From Phoronis australis (taxonomy: Eukaryota > Animalia > Phoronida), in the NCBI GenBank assembly GCA_002633005.1, contig NMRA01000122.1, forward strand, positions 418,708 to 466,177: a DNA stretch of 47,470 bases, read 5' to 3'. Shown piece by piece: positions 27,101 through 40,963 of the stretch (position 1 is its first letter; each line of letters opens with the position of its first letter). Position numbers and translations under genes: made by a program. The notes under the pieces were generated by a model. The model was not told the origin of the DNA, ran no database searches, and saw only the letters and a list, made by a program, of their open reading frames with translations.

Positions 27101-27556
27101 CCCTCTCACGCCTGGTATTTGAATTAATATAATTGAACAAACAAGTGCATAGCACCACAGTACTGAAAACCTCTCTGCATGTCCACCATAACTGACACTC
27201 ACAGATAAATGCGTTTTTATCAATATCATTGTTCTGAAGCTGCAAGAATGACTTCTTCATTAGCGAATGACTGCCTCACTCATTAGCATACAGTTGTCAA
27301 GACAACAACATTTTCTTGTGATCAATTTCCCCGTTTACACAACACCTTTGACTTGGAGCAAACTGACAGGGTAAACTAATCCCACAGGTGCAGGATTGGA
27401 TTTTTCTTTCTGTTATTCAGTCTTGACTAACAATAACTCAAGCAACTGGTGGTCATTTCATTGTCACAATAGACCTGCGCTTTACTCGACTAATCAGCTT
27501 GGACAGGAATTGAGCATTTATGTATCACTTGACCTGACAAGTGAAATGTGCAGAAG

Positions 27557-27850
27557 TCTGATAACCTCAAAGCACAATCCGATATTCTCGAAGTACAGTC
27601 TGATATCCTCAAAGTACAATCTGATATCATCGAAGTGCAGTGTGATATCCTCAAGGTACAGCCTGATATCCTCAAAGTTTAGTCTGATATCCTAAAAGTA
27701 CTGCATGATATCCTCAAAGGACAGTTCGATATCCTCAAAATACATCTTCACATCCCCAAAGTACAATCTCATATCTTCAAAGTTCAGTCTGATATTCTCA
27801 ATGTACCGTTTGATATCCTTAAGGTACAGTCTGATAGCCTCCAGATACAA
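27557..27850. repeat. 21-bp minisatellite, 14 units
   Basis: Consensus TCTGATATCCTCAAAGTACAG, 1-6 substitutions per unit, no indels. Confidence 0.92.
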
Positions 27851-29689
27851 CGATGTCCTCCTTCATAGCATATTACTGGATCACTTGAATAAGTGGTTTC
27901 TTCTTCAATAAACTTTCTGATTTCAAGGCCGGACAAACTCTGTGATTATTGTGAACTAACGCAGTGCTCTGCAAAAAATATGGATAAAATCAGTTAAGTA
28001 AGTACTCACTTCAATACAAAAACATTTCATTCAGTAATATCCACTAATTTTTACTGCACAGTTCACAGCGATAACAAAACAAGGGAGTCCCTTTATTAAA
28101 ACACTGTCAGTACATCTAGATTGACAACACACAACAACTGGTGACAAAGGTAAACAATTAACTCAAAAACTGTGTGGAAAGCAGCAGTTATTAGCTGTTG
28201 GCTGGCCTTGGGCAAGTGTTGTTATTCTTCATAGATAAGAAGCTGGCTATATGGCTAAATTAAATCAGCCCAGTCAACAATAAACTGGAATGTTTATCAA
28301 ATCCAAACGACAGTAAACTTCAAAGGAATTGGCCACTTCCCTGACCAATCACAATTGGTAAAAAATACTCCACATTGCTAATCACGTTTGTGTTTCAGGG
28401 GCACACTGTTTTCTCTAACAACAAGGTGTCTGAACTGGGAATCACAGAATCACTTCACTCAAAGAGGTCCGGTGTTGATACATTTGTCTCAGTAAGTCAA
28501 ACTCATTTGATGTAAAAGTCTCCACCCACAAAGAAGGGGACTGACAGGGCCAGATGTTGAATACAGCTTTAAGATATACCCAAAGTGTTAACTCTAAGGA
28601 TATCTTTCAGTGATTTTATGAAACACACGTCTCAAATTCACGAATGGGCTCCCAGCTCTGTCCAGTTTTTACTTGTTTACTTGGTGAAATTTTTGTTTGC
28701 ATGCATGCTACATGTCGCTATTCTTGTCTGAGCCACAAGACTATTGCACACAACACAAACTCCTCAATAGTTTGAGGCCAATTGCTTTTGGCCAAAATAG
28801 AATGCAAGATGGAGCTGTTATATCCTTTTTTCAAAACTTGATGATTTGACGAGCTCAAGCTGCATGGTTCATATAGGGATTCTTTAGAAATTGGTACGTA
28901 AACATAGATGCAGTATTCATTTTTTATTCTTTATTTATAACATCATCACGGCATCACGGTTTATCATTCAATATCTCCAAGTGTCTGGACGCCCTTTCAC
29001 TTGTTTATTTCGAACTGTTTAAGCACAGGAACGGTGGCTGAAAACGGAGACGATCCTACACGTGATACTTCATGAAGGATTGATCTTAACTCAGTATTTA
29101 CTTTCAGTAATGCTTAAAAGATGACTTGTCAATTGATGAGGTAAACTAAAACATCCAAATTCGTTGACAAAATCATTAGAGATTTAGACATGCACCCATG
29201 GAACAGCTTTTCAAACTCTGCCTAAGGGCATCAAGTGTCATGACCCCAACATAACCAGGGCCTGACCACCCCGTTTCTCAAAGTCTCACACCAGAGAAGA
29301 GCCAATGGATAAGAGAGAACATTGCACCTAACCAAACAGCCCCAGGGTAGTGACATGACTGCACTACCTAGCACAATTCTAAACAGTTAAATACAGAACA
29401 TGGTAACAGACCAAACTAGCCTGCTGGCAACAACAAGGGATGTACTCAGACAACTGCCTGCGGCTGCAAAAATTTCAGTCTTGAACATTTCAGTACCAGC
29501 GAGATCCAAGCACACATAAGTGATGGAGCGGTGGTCTGGCAGTTAAGTAGCTCTTTCCAGTTTGACATTAACTTGGCAAACATTTAGTGAATGGCTGGCA
29601 GACTGTCCCTTATAAAGTGTACTGGTTAAGGAAAGGTATCCAATGTACCGTACTTCACCTATTACATGCCACCACAAATATAGAGTGAG

Positions 29690-29945
29690 ATCTCACTAAT
29701 ATAGGACAGAATAGGACAGAAAAGTAGTTTTATTTTCTTATTGTTCCATAAAAGATAGGTAGCAGCAAATTAATGATTTTCCATGTCTAGCTTCTGTACA
29801 ATAACTAGGACCAGACAATATTTTGAAAAAGTTGGAGGCTTTCACAAGAATGTTATAAGCTCTTGAAAAATAAAAGAGAAAAGAACAACCGTATGCCAAT
29901 CTATTTCAGTATGAAATTTGTGAGACTTTACCACAAACATTACTG
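29690..29945 (+). repeat. Old dispersed repeat, copy 1
   Basis: Collinear anchors ATCTCACTAA, TGTTCCATAAAA, ATTTTGAAAA and AAGCTCTTGAAAAAT shared with 40711-40963. Confidence 0.6.
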
Positions 29946-32900
29946 TCAGAGATGACACATGTTCCTGTTCATGATTTTCTTTCAATCAATGATCCTAAAA
30001 TTACACAATGAGGCTAATGTTACAACACAACAGCAAAGGACAAAAAACAGGTTCATTTTTGAAGAACGAACTGAACAGAGAGAACCTGGCTGTTTGCAGA
30101 AGACACATGTTCTTGAACAAATGCACGCCCCACTCCAACCTATCTTTTTCATATTCCCCATTCACAGATATGAAGTCAGTGAAACACAGTAGTTTCACAG
30201 TGTGATGCATTGTTGGCACAGAGCCAATGTTGGCTCAGCACCAAGTGATCAGCTGATCCAGTGCTGTGGAGGTGTTCCAACAGTAAGTGTGTCCGCTGCC
30301 AACTGTATTTACATCACCAACAGCGTTGACCATCTAGACAAAATCTGATAGTATGGGATTTCCAGTGATCATGCCACTTGGCGAACAGAGATTATATGGA
30401 TTTGATCCAATTCAAATTCCTATAATCTGTGATGCACACATGTTTGCCTATCCGGCACAATCCTGCGTGAACATGCCTACTCATCCTTTTACCCCTCCCC
30501 CACACCAATTGCCCACCACACAGGTGACAGGCCCATATCATACCATCAACTACAGACATGGCACCAGTAATGATGTGACAGAAGGCTCACTCAAGGAACA
30601 TCTGTGGCATCAACCAAAATTGTGATAACTGAGGCTGGTGGCCACCATATCACAAGAGTGTAATGCAACAGCAGCACGTTGAAGACAGAGGGTCTGTGCT
30701 CAAGTGGTTGGTACATTTAACTCTTCACCACAAAGCCACATGCACTACCAATGTATGTCTAAATCAGGTGTCAACAACCACTGGGTTAACACACTTGCAA
30801 TTGCTGGTCAATCACAAGACTTAGATAACCACCAGTCAATTGATCATGTACTATATAAATCATTACTGCTCCACTAAACACCAAATTCTTCAACACTTGG
30901 TCATTCCACACCCTTTTGGCCCAAGCAAAAATGTCACAAATCAAATTCTAACACAGATTCCTTGATCTAGTAGCAGTACCCTTAAAACCAAAGGCAAGTA
31001 AGCAAAAAGTTTATTAAGTCGAGGTGGGTAGTAACAAACAGTAGCCCGTAGCTAGTGGTCAACAATTCAATATTATAGAGCTAAACTAAGAAACTAAAAA
31101 TACACAACATATGAGCCAAGAACAAAACTGCAGAAGAACAAACTGTGAGAAAAAATGACATATAATATATATGTAGTGGAAATCAATTTAGTCAACATTT
31201 TGAACATGAATTTCTTAAATGGAATTTTGATATAGACTTTAAAACTTTAACTTCTGAATTTCTGGCAGCACCCTAACAAAATGTTTGGAAAAATTGAATA
31301 ACGTGAACTTCATTTTAAACTTTAAAAAACCCAAGTTAATACAAGCAGTTTTTCAATCATGTTTCACATTTTATCAACTGAAAAGGTAGAAGCTGGTTCA
31401 AAAGCAAAAGCCATAGTCAGCACAGTACGTTGTTACTGTTTTGCACTATTCTGACTGAAAGTTTCACGTCCAAACGATCTATTCACAACATGTTGTTGCA
31501 TACAAAGCAACAAGTACTGTCGTACAAAAACCTACGATTATAAGGGAAATTCAAAAACTAATTCCTAACAGTTTGAGAAAGCAAATAGTTTGTACTCAAA
31601 TGTTGCGTTAATCAGGCATCCCAAAACAGCCTCCCACCATCTGATAACAAAATTTATTTTTATCTCTGAAACTAGAGAGCTTTCAAGTGCTCTACTGTGA
31701 CAGAGATAAGCTGGGTTGATGTCCTCTCCAGAATTCATTTCCAAGGACCACTAATAAATTATCAACTGAGAAGTGGTCAAGAGCTGAGAGGCCCATGGCT
31801 CTGGTCAGCAGTGGCTAGCCAGATGACAGGACTCATGACGTGTAGACAGAGTTATCTGACAGAATCCTTGTCAGGAACATCCACTAGAGATGATGCCCTG
31901 GGAGATGTAACAAAATAAAGTACCACAGCACACAAAGCGCACAAGAATGACGTACATTCTCACCATCAGCATCATAAGAGAATTCGACACAAAGTCTTTG
32001 TGACGCAGGTATTTGAACAAATTGGCTGACTACATGTAAAACTAATTTCAAGCCTCTCTCTTCACATGCATTCTTGTGTACTCATTGTTTTTATACTTGT
32101 ATCTTACACACAAATAATCATTTTACATGCAAGGACTAACTGGATCATAGAGCGCACATTGTTACTAGAATATGAAAATGACAACCATGTTGACATCACT
32201 AGTTTTCATTGCCTCCCGCTGCTAACTGGCATCAAAAACCGTCAAAAACCAAAAAAAAAAAAAAAACACATTGGTGGCTGCCTGCATTTTACGAAAGACA
32301 CAAGCGATAGACTAAGTAATAGACCACATACTGTTGTAAAAAAGATAATATAGTTTGTGGGTGTTTAAGTCAACATACAGGGTGACAAATTACGTCACAT
32401 GGCACGCGACTGTTCCTTTATTAACAATTACTGGACACCACAACTGACTTGAGGCTTTAATATGTTTTCTTAAGAAAGACAAGAGCATCAAAAACAACAA
32501 TGCTCTATTAGACTACACACTGTTACTGTAAGCGCGACTGTCAAAGTAAAGAATTTGAGATAGAAAAAAAAAAACAGAAACAACAATTTTCCCAACTTGA
32601 ACGTGGGCTTGAAAAAATTGTCTGCTTTTGGATACACTGTTATTTGCCTGGGTAAATAGTCAAGGCACTCAAAGTGAGAAACTGGGAAATAATAGGAGGG
32701 TAATGATAAGTGAGCTGGGTATTGGTTCACCAAAAATACAAGTACTTTAATAATAACTGAAAATCCCCACTGTTATAGTGACAGTAATTTACGAAAAGAA
32801 ATAAAAAATCAAAACTAACCAGCATTTTTTTAGTATTTTAATTAGAGTTGATTAATGCGTGGGGCCCATACCACTGGCCTTTGAAATCCCCAATATGACC

Positions 32901-34531
32901 CAGCACTGTAAAGATTTCAGTAGTCAGAACCAAGGTATACAGGAGGAACTATTTTGAAAAATATGCCAGGAGGGGGTTACCAACCAGAGGTCCAAGCTAT
33001 GCAAACCTACAGTTCCCTAATGGTAAGTCAAACTACATGGGTGATATTACTGCCACAGTATGGTAACAGAAGAACACCAAGAAGGCACCAGACAATTTAA
33101 AATTTTGAAGAATTAAACAGTTCAACAATTTACAAGATTAAAACAACCTGCACTTCTTTAACAGAAAGGCTTCACCAGCCAATTTGTCTAGATAACAAGA
33201 GTTTACTTTTGGTTAGATAAAAATGTGATAGAAATACTTTCTAACCTAAAGACAACACATTAAAATGTCACTTGGTACAATGGTGCACAAGGCAGACACT
33301 AATCCATGTGGACATTCTCAGAATGATAGCTTCATGCAGTTGGACCTATCTGGAACAGACGGCAACTGACAAAACACTGTCAACAGACACTGGACACTGG
33401 AAACTGGATAGAACAAACAAACACAAGCACTGATAACCCAAAATAAACATTTAGTTTCAAGGACTAGAGAACTTTTCAAAGAAAACCAGCACTGGGACTA
33501 TTCAAAATTTTGAGGCCTTTATATACCAACTTTACTCTGTGGGGGTACCTGGGGAGCGTACATGTAAATGGAGAAGTTTTTTTAACCTGCCTTTCACACA
33601 GGTTTTGGTAGTTAGCACACTCAGAGTCCTGTCAGAGGTAATCACTGTTTGATGGTTAGGTCATGGAAGTTATCACAAGATGGCGCTCTGAAGACATGGA
33701 GGCGTAATCATTATAAATTTGAATTATTGTATAAATGGTGGGATAATAAATGAAGTGCTTAGAGTTATAGAATGGTGAATGTTTGAAAATATCAAACACT
33801 GAATTCCAAACATGTGGCTTTATTGGTGCCGATATCTGCTGATAACTTCAATGACATCAAAGTGCTGCTACATCCGCTTGTTTTCGGTGAACTTGCGTCG
33901 TTTACTTTCAATCCAGGACCGAAATTAAACGCTCATACTGATGACACTTGCAAAACTATGGAACACCTCAGTGTTGGTGCGATAGGCCATCCACTACTAA
34001 AAAACAACATGAGCAACATCGATCGTTGAAATGCACCCACGACTGAACTGAAAATGCTATACTTCTAGGGGTGTTTATAAACATCATATAGTCACCATTG
34101 GATGGCGCAGAATACATTGAACATGGGAAGGCGTCATCATCTCCCTAATAGAAAACTGTAGTCACCTCAATAGAAATCTATAGTCATGTGAATTTCATGA
34201 AAATCTGGCACTAATTCAGCGGCGGTCAGGATGAGAAGTTCGAGGTCATTTTGTCTGAATACTTTGGGCTTATACTGTACATGTGTGGCATAAAAATTAA
34301 AGGAAGCACTTGGTACTCATCACATGACAGTTGTACCCAGTGTATCCAGGGATCAGTGAAACAGCTGTAGAGGGGATTATGGTACACAATGCATTTAACA
34401 CATGGTACAACTAGGAATGCCTTGTGACACATGCACATTTGGCACAGTGTCCATTTTGTGAGGTGCCCATGTACCAAGGGGACCACCTGGCCTGGAGGTG
34501 GAAACCATGCCCAACTGGCTGAAGTGGATGC

Positions 34532-34693
34532 GAAGCAGGTCAGTGGGTTAGGAAAGATTTCATTTTCGACAAAATATACAGGTATGTTAATTATTTTGCC
34601 ATTTTTAGGAAGATTTGAGAAGCAGGTCAGTGAGTTAGGAAAGGGTTTCATAAGCAACAAAATAATACAGGTATGTTAATTATTTTGCCATTT
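34532..34693 (+). repeat. Tandem duplication, ~87-bp period, 2 copies
   Basis: GAAGCAGGTCAGTG(G/A)GTTAGGAAAG...ATACAGGTATGTTAATTATTTTGCCATTT starts at 34532 and 34619. Confidence 0.85.
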
Positions 34694-34830
34694 GTAGTAA
34701 GCGTTCAGGGAGAGGCCTGTGGCAACCACATTATGGGAAGTTAGTTACAAAAATGTCGTGAGATTGTTACAAATCACGCTATTGTGGAAGGAGATCTACT
34801 TGTTTATGTTCAGAGCTTTGACCAATTTAA

Positions 34831-36268
34831 AAGGTTCCTGAAGTACAATAACATGCATTTTTAATGTAATTTAATTGATGAGTAAAGTCTATATCAGAAA
34901 TCACATCTTTGTTACTCTTTCATATTTTTGTAAAAAAGCGTTTTTCCAATGTTAATTCCTATTGGCTAACGCGCATCTGACGTAACTGAGGGTGTACCGT
35001 GGGTGAAGGCAATCAAGCTTATTACTGTATGTACATGTATAAAGCTCATTGGGTGAATGTCTCTCAGCTATAGAACTGTGCTTAATACATGTAATTCTTC
35101 TGTGATCTCGGCTCTCAAAAGTTCATAAGTTTTCTGCCGTTTTGTGTTGACTATTAGTGGAACGATGCCGTTCTCCACTCGGGCCAGGAAAGGGCCCCGA
35201 CTGCGTAGCCTTGCCTTGGTGCAAGCTGTATAGTAAATATACAGCGGCCGTTGCACCGACGTGGGTAAAAACTGATCAAATAAAACCTGACACAAAATTA
35301 ACGTCATTAAAACTCACACTCTTCCTCGAGTAAACTAAATTTGACTGATGTGGAAAAAATTGGCGTTCTGCCGTTCACTCTGCTGCTAAAATTTGGGTGC
35401 GCTCTTTAAGATCGGCTTGCGGTGCCGTCACCTAACTTATTGGCCTGAGTTTCGTTCCCCGAGTTGTTCTTCTTCCAAACGACCAAACTGTTATTTGAAG
35501 TTGTGAACATGTGACAACAAATTACTAGAGCTGATTTCATTTCCTTACAAGTTGTTAGTATTTCAATACCAGGAAACCGGATTTCATAAAAATTTTTGCA
35601 CCAGCTGTGAAGCTGTCATCATTTCCCGAAAGATGTCGCAAAATTTTAGGAAATAGCGTGTGTTAAGCGTACACTTTTCTTTGTTACAAAAGGCTGAGAA
35701 TTATGAAATGAAATGTTTACTAGATTATTTTTCACTTAAATAGCTGCAGCGGGCAAGGTGAGTGTTGGTTGACACCCAGACATTTGAACGCTCCGCTGCC
35801 GGTTTAGAGCTCTACATGTTGATATAAGTTTCGCGACGAGGTGACAAGCAGAACTATCTGGGCTATGAAATTTTGAGTCTAACGGAGCTCAACACACAGT
35901 GCTATTGGTAGGTACTTAGTTGTATTTTGAAGATAGTGTTCATACAGCTAGCTGGCTGGCTAGGCCCTGGGATGAATCAAAGTCACAAGAAAGAAAAACG
36001 AAAAAGGTTGTGAGTATGCACATGTTGAACTGTCGTCTGAACTATGTACTCGCACAACTAATAACCTATATCTCTTTGTGCTGTACAGCCTGTGACGTCA
36101 CGAAAAACAGCGCTTGTAGTGAGACTTTACGGAACTAATAAATTTTTGCTTTTCAAAGTAAAAAAGAAAAATACTGTGCACTATTTAGGAATATGTGGAT
36201 GCCAGTAACCAACCTTTATACTTTCAAAATTCATATTAAAATGCTGAAACATGTAGTTCAGGCCTCTT
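34831..36268. mobile_element. Kolobok-like non-autonomous DNA transposon (~1.44 kb)
   Basis: TTAA at 34827-34830 and 36269-36272; imperfect TIRs AAGGTTCCTGAAGTACA vs reverse complement AAGAGGCCTGAACTACA (13/17); RR..YY termini; locally higher CpG; TGACGT motifs near both ends; no transposase ORF. Confidence 0.55.
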
Positions 36269-36272
36269 TTAA

Positions 36273-36615
36273 GGTTATGTAGGACCTTATAGACAAATAT
36301 CTACACAACTGTAGAAATTAAGTCTACAAAAGTATACATTTCTTATATTTTAATATATAAATATTCAAGATGAACTCTCAAAAATAGTTCGTTGTCATTT
36401 TATACAACTTTTGAGGTTTTTCATAAAAATCCTGAATCCTATTTTTTAGCTCCTTATACAAAAGCTAAACATTTTAAAAACAAATCCTGCCAGCATTTTG
36501 AAGAACAAGTGCACAAAGCATATTATCAGTATATGGACGTTTGATTTGAATCCAATCAGCTGAGATATGACATGCCAAAGGTAGCCAAATTTGATTTCCG
36601 GGGTCCTACACAGCC
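36273..36615. mobile_element. Kolobok-like MITE (~340 bp)
   Basis: TIRs GGTTATGTAGGACC vs reverse complement GGCTGTGTAGGACC (12/14); flanked by TTAA (36269-36272) and TTGA (36616-36619). Confidence 0.55.
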
Positions 36616-38824
36616 TTGAGCATTTTTAAGGACAGACAAAGGCTATTTCAGCAAGATTGTTTCCTTAATGTCCTCTTCAACATGGTATTTACAGTTCATG
36701 AACTGTTTCCACGGCAACCAAACCACATTAGGTTTTCTGGACAGAAAAATCATTTCGGCATTTCACTGTAACTCATTCTTTGCTTTTTGTAATTGTAAAC
36801 GTAAAATTTGAAAATTATGCAGATATATCAAGTGTGGCCATAAATAGAAAATCTCGTTAATTCAATTGTATCAAACTTCCACATTGCAAAGGAAAAGTAC
36901 ACTAAGACAAAATTGCAAACAGCAACTAGGTTAATAATTAAAATACGAATTCTCTTTGGATCCATGATGCTTAAAGATAGATGCATGAACTTTGACCGCT
37001 GCAGAAACTGTGAACCCATTGTCAGTAGATACAATTAACTAGAAAGCTTTAATGGGTCATAATTTTGAGAAGTGCAATTTGTGCAAACACCAAATAACTA
37101 CCGTCACTACACATAAATGAGAAAGGGCAGATGTGTTATGCAAGACAAGAATAACAGAATTATTGTAAATGTCAGGCTAGCAAGAGCTGATTTATTATTA
37201 AAATGATGACAAGATGAGACACTTATGCAATATCCTACAGAAAAACCCTCTACAGAGCATTGGCTTTCAGTCAATCTCAGTTATGCAATGGCAAAGGGGT
37301 GAAATTCAGTGTGACAACTCGTAAGGTGGCTGAAATAAACTGTAGCTTCCATATGCACACAAAGCTGACACCCAGACTTGGTTCATATAAGGTGTGTTGG
37401 GCCCCACCTGGTTCAAATGGGAGTGCTGAGCCCCCTAACCCGGCAACCCCAAGGTCACAGGAGTTCATCAGAAGGGGTCAGAGAGGTCGTGTTTTACGTA
37501 ACACAGAGAGGACATTCATAAGACATGGGAGTGTTATGACAAATCCAGGTGAAAAAGGCATGAAGTGGCACAGCAAAACAAGCAGTTAGTGGATCAAACA
37601 AATAAACAAGATATACATTACAAGAGATGTGACATGGTTCTCATTCAGTACTGGTTCTAAAGGTCATCACTTGTAAAACACAAGCAGATGTCTGGTCCCT
37701 AGGCTACTAATTCATTATGCCGACTTTACATTTAATCATCTTCCACCTCATGTATGGACAGCTTCCTTTGCAAATGTCGCATTCATTGCAATTTTAATTT
37801 CCTATGGAATTAGCGTCCATAATAATTACAATTTACAATGTTACGCATCAATGATCAGGCACCGCGGTACACGTTTAAGTGCTAAGCAAATTTTCCGGGT
37901 TTTTTTTCAGCAAGTAAAGTGAACTTGGTTTTCTATAATCGTGCATAACAATTAAAGGATATGACTAAATGTTGCACTTTACTGTTTAGCAAGCTAAAAC
38001 CGGTTTCCTAATACTCCTCGCCATGGCGATAGCATTCTGATTCCGTTACCAACAAGAACGCAGAAAGCATCAACGACTCAAGAAAACGCCTCAGAAGTAT
38101 TAGGGTTGATAAACCCTAAAATTGCAAATTTGAAAATGGCGCATGTAGGCACGGCCTGTGACTTGAGTTGCTAATACATTTGGCAATTTATTCAAGATCA
38201 AAAGAGCGTGGTAATGTTTTCAAATCAAAAAGAGTTTAACATAGACAGCAAAATGGGTGAACTAATACAGGTTTGACTTATCAAACTACTAGACACCATA
38301 TGATTCAAAATTTCACGAGTGCAAAACACGCACAGGTAGGTAAAATACCTCAGGTCATCACCAACTCACCATTATCCAAATTGCTTCTTATGAACTTGCA
38401 AAAATAACACCCACATAATAAAAATTATGTTGTAAGCTTTTATTTGATCACAAAGCACGCTAATTTTCACAAAAACTATTAATATGAACAAACAACTGTA
38501 CAGACGTAGTCAAGAGTATCGTAGCTCCGGTCTAAATCCAACAATTTTCCAGCTTCTCAATGTGGTGACACAATATTCTCAGTACTAACCCTGCCAAATA
38601 AAACTAAAATTAACAAAAAAATTAATGCTATACTCCCCATCATGTTTCTCATGACACAGTTACAAGCCTAATCAGAAGCTGACATACAATACACACATAA
38701 TTAGACCTTAATAGTTATTTGCTCTGCATCCTGTAGCCAGTACATCATGACCATACTGTAGTAACAATAACAACAGGTTAGATATATGTTCCTACCTTAC
38801 ATCAGTTTTTGGTCATAATAGAAT

Positions 38825-39018
38825 AAAAAACGGACAATCAGGAAAAAGTTCATATTAATTCGACGTTTCGTCTATTCATTAGACATCATCAGGATACAAA
38901 CAATCAGACAACACAACAAGTGTTGACATACGAGTCAGATTACATCCTGGTGTCTAATGAATAGACAAAACGTCAAATCAATATGAACTTTTTCATTTGT
39001 GTGGCGATTGTCCTTTTT
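38825..39018. mobile_element. Penelope-like element remnant: inverted pLTR-type repeat
   Basis: Arms 38842-38895 and 38944-38994 are reverse complements with 4 substitutions and a 3-nt indel; similarity extends outward (GGACAATC / GATTGTCC). Arms carry minimal hammerhead motifs typical of Penelope pLTRs. Confidence 0.65.
38857..38897 (-). ncRNA. Minimal type I hammerhead ribozyme motif
   Basis: Minus strand: atc-CUGAUGA-u-GUCUA-augaa-UAGAC-GAAA-CGUC-ga. Complete conserved core, 5-bp stem II, loop-less palindromic stem III (ACGU), GUC cleavage triplet at 38864-38862; stem I is only ~2 bp. Confidence 0.65.
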
Positions 39019-40710
39019 GATATATCTACCTAGTTTTTGCAGACTTAATTAGCACCTGATTCCTTATGACTACTATGGTAAAATCGGGCCAGTTTAGCTC
39101 ATAACCTGGCAGACAAATCACACAAAAATCAATGCCTATACCATGTGTAAGTTTTGCATGATAACTACCAACTGACCTTGCGAAATTCTAGTCATTCCCA
39201 GCAACGTTAGAAGCCTTTGAAAAAAGACCAAATTTAGCAAATTATTTTTGTCCGAAATTTGCTGAGATTTGGCTGCAAAAGAAAATGAGAACTAAAAATC
39301 AAACAAACAGAAGTACCACTGTCCATGTTTATCTACAAAACTCTGCAGTTGCTCAAATATGTGCAACTTTTAATCTCAGGCCACGAAGAAAATGGTGCGA
39401 GTCTGAATCAAATCCACCCGTCCATGTCCTTCAAGTGAAGGTCGGCCAGATTTAAAACCAAACAAGCACGGCAGTGAAAATGCACGTGACTCACCGACCT
39501 TTGAACAAAGAATTCTGGGAAAAGACTTGTGCCAGCATTAAGTAATTGACCTTTTTTATTATACCGTTATCAAAACTGATGTATTGTAGAAAGCAATTTG
39601 ATGCACTTATTTTTATCAACATTTATTAATATCAACATGACCAGACACATTTATTTTTAAACATGACCCCCATACACTTATTGCTACTAACAGCCCCCTG
39701 GAAAATGACATTTTCTTGACCTGAGGGCAGGAACCCAATCAAAAATCCACTCCGCAAACACAAAAGTTCAGCTATTAAAACCCATGTGAAAACAGCCATA
39801 ATAAAACTGCATTGTAACTTAAACAAGCTAAGGCAAACCATTACCTTGAAATCATTTATAGTAGACAAAGTGTATCATTGGGTAAAAATTCTCCAATTTG
39901 GGACAGTCTCTAAAATTTGGGACACCGATATTCCGGCAGAAACTGAACTTTCTTGATTCCGAAAATTGGAACATGGGTGATTTTGGCATTCATTTTATAT
40001 TTCTTAAATTTCAGACATATCGCTTTATATCAGTAGAGTCTGAAAATGACATATGTGGCAGTTCATTTTGCTGCCATGTCTAAAACTTGGCGCAAGCCCC
40101 AGCCCAATATTTCACTGTCTCATACTAGAGAATTTTTACCATAACATGATACTAACACAGCTGGAAACAAAAAGTTGTGACAAAGCAAGCAGAACTTGCC
40201 AGGAGTTTACATGCTTGCAGATCAGCTCAACGTTCGAGGGACAAATCCGTGAATGTTAGTCTTCAACTTTTCTGTGAAAACACTTTTTGCGCAACATCTC
40301 AACTCTTAAGATATTTGAAATTCTATGCTGATGTTCTGAAACATGAAGGAACCTCCTTAAATGCAAAATCTGTTTTGCAAATCGCAGCCCAGAGAAATTC
40401 AGACTTATGCGGAATACTTTGAGGTCAAGCAGGTTGTACTGGTGTAGAGAATTTGAGGTCAGGTAGATAACAAATCACTATCTTGGACAGGCAGTCAATC
40501 AAGTCCATCATTAAAATACCTTTAAGGTTTGCATGCGGCCACAGACTTTCCACCAAAAAACCACCTAGCCAGATTGCACAAATGCTCAACAAAAGAAAGG
40601 CAAATGAAAGGCTATGGTCCAGTTTCATCACATTACTATGTATATCCCCAAGGTCACGACCCCCATGCATCTTTTTGCCCTCATATTGCAACTGAAGCCC
40701 CAACAGTAAA

Positions 40711-40963
40711 ATCTCACTAAATTACGACACAATATGGCGGACAAGTGAAATTTCATTTTGTCGTTTGTTCCATAAAATATGTGTAGCACCAAATAACTGC
40801 TTTTCTACATTCCAGTTCTGCACCTCTGCTACTATCGAGACAACATTTTGAAAACAGTTAGGGCATTCAAGACAGTGCTAGAAGCTCTTGAAAAATGAAA
40901 GAAGAGCAATTGTCAATTATTTTTGACCAAAATTGGAGAAATTTTACTGCAAGCTATAGTGAC
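40711..40963 (+). repeat. Old dispersed repeat, copy 2
   Basis: Same anchors, order and approximate spacing as 29690-29945. Confidence 0.6.

Noticed and set aside
27557-27850. CRISPR array (also considered for 41984-42156)
   Set aside because: Contiguous tandem units without unique spacers, in eukaryotic DNA with no cas genes.
30001-30333. Minus-strand 110-codon frame with one in-frame TGA after Trp-Cys (possible selenoprotein)
   Set aside because: No similarity to a selenoprotein fold that I can recognise and no SECIS seen; one stop in 110 codons is expected by chance.
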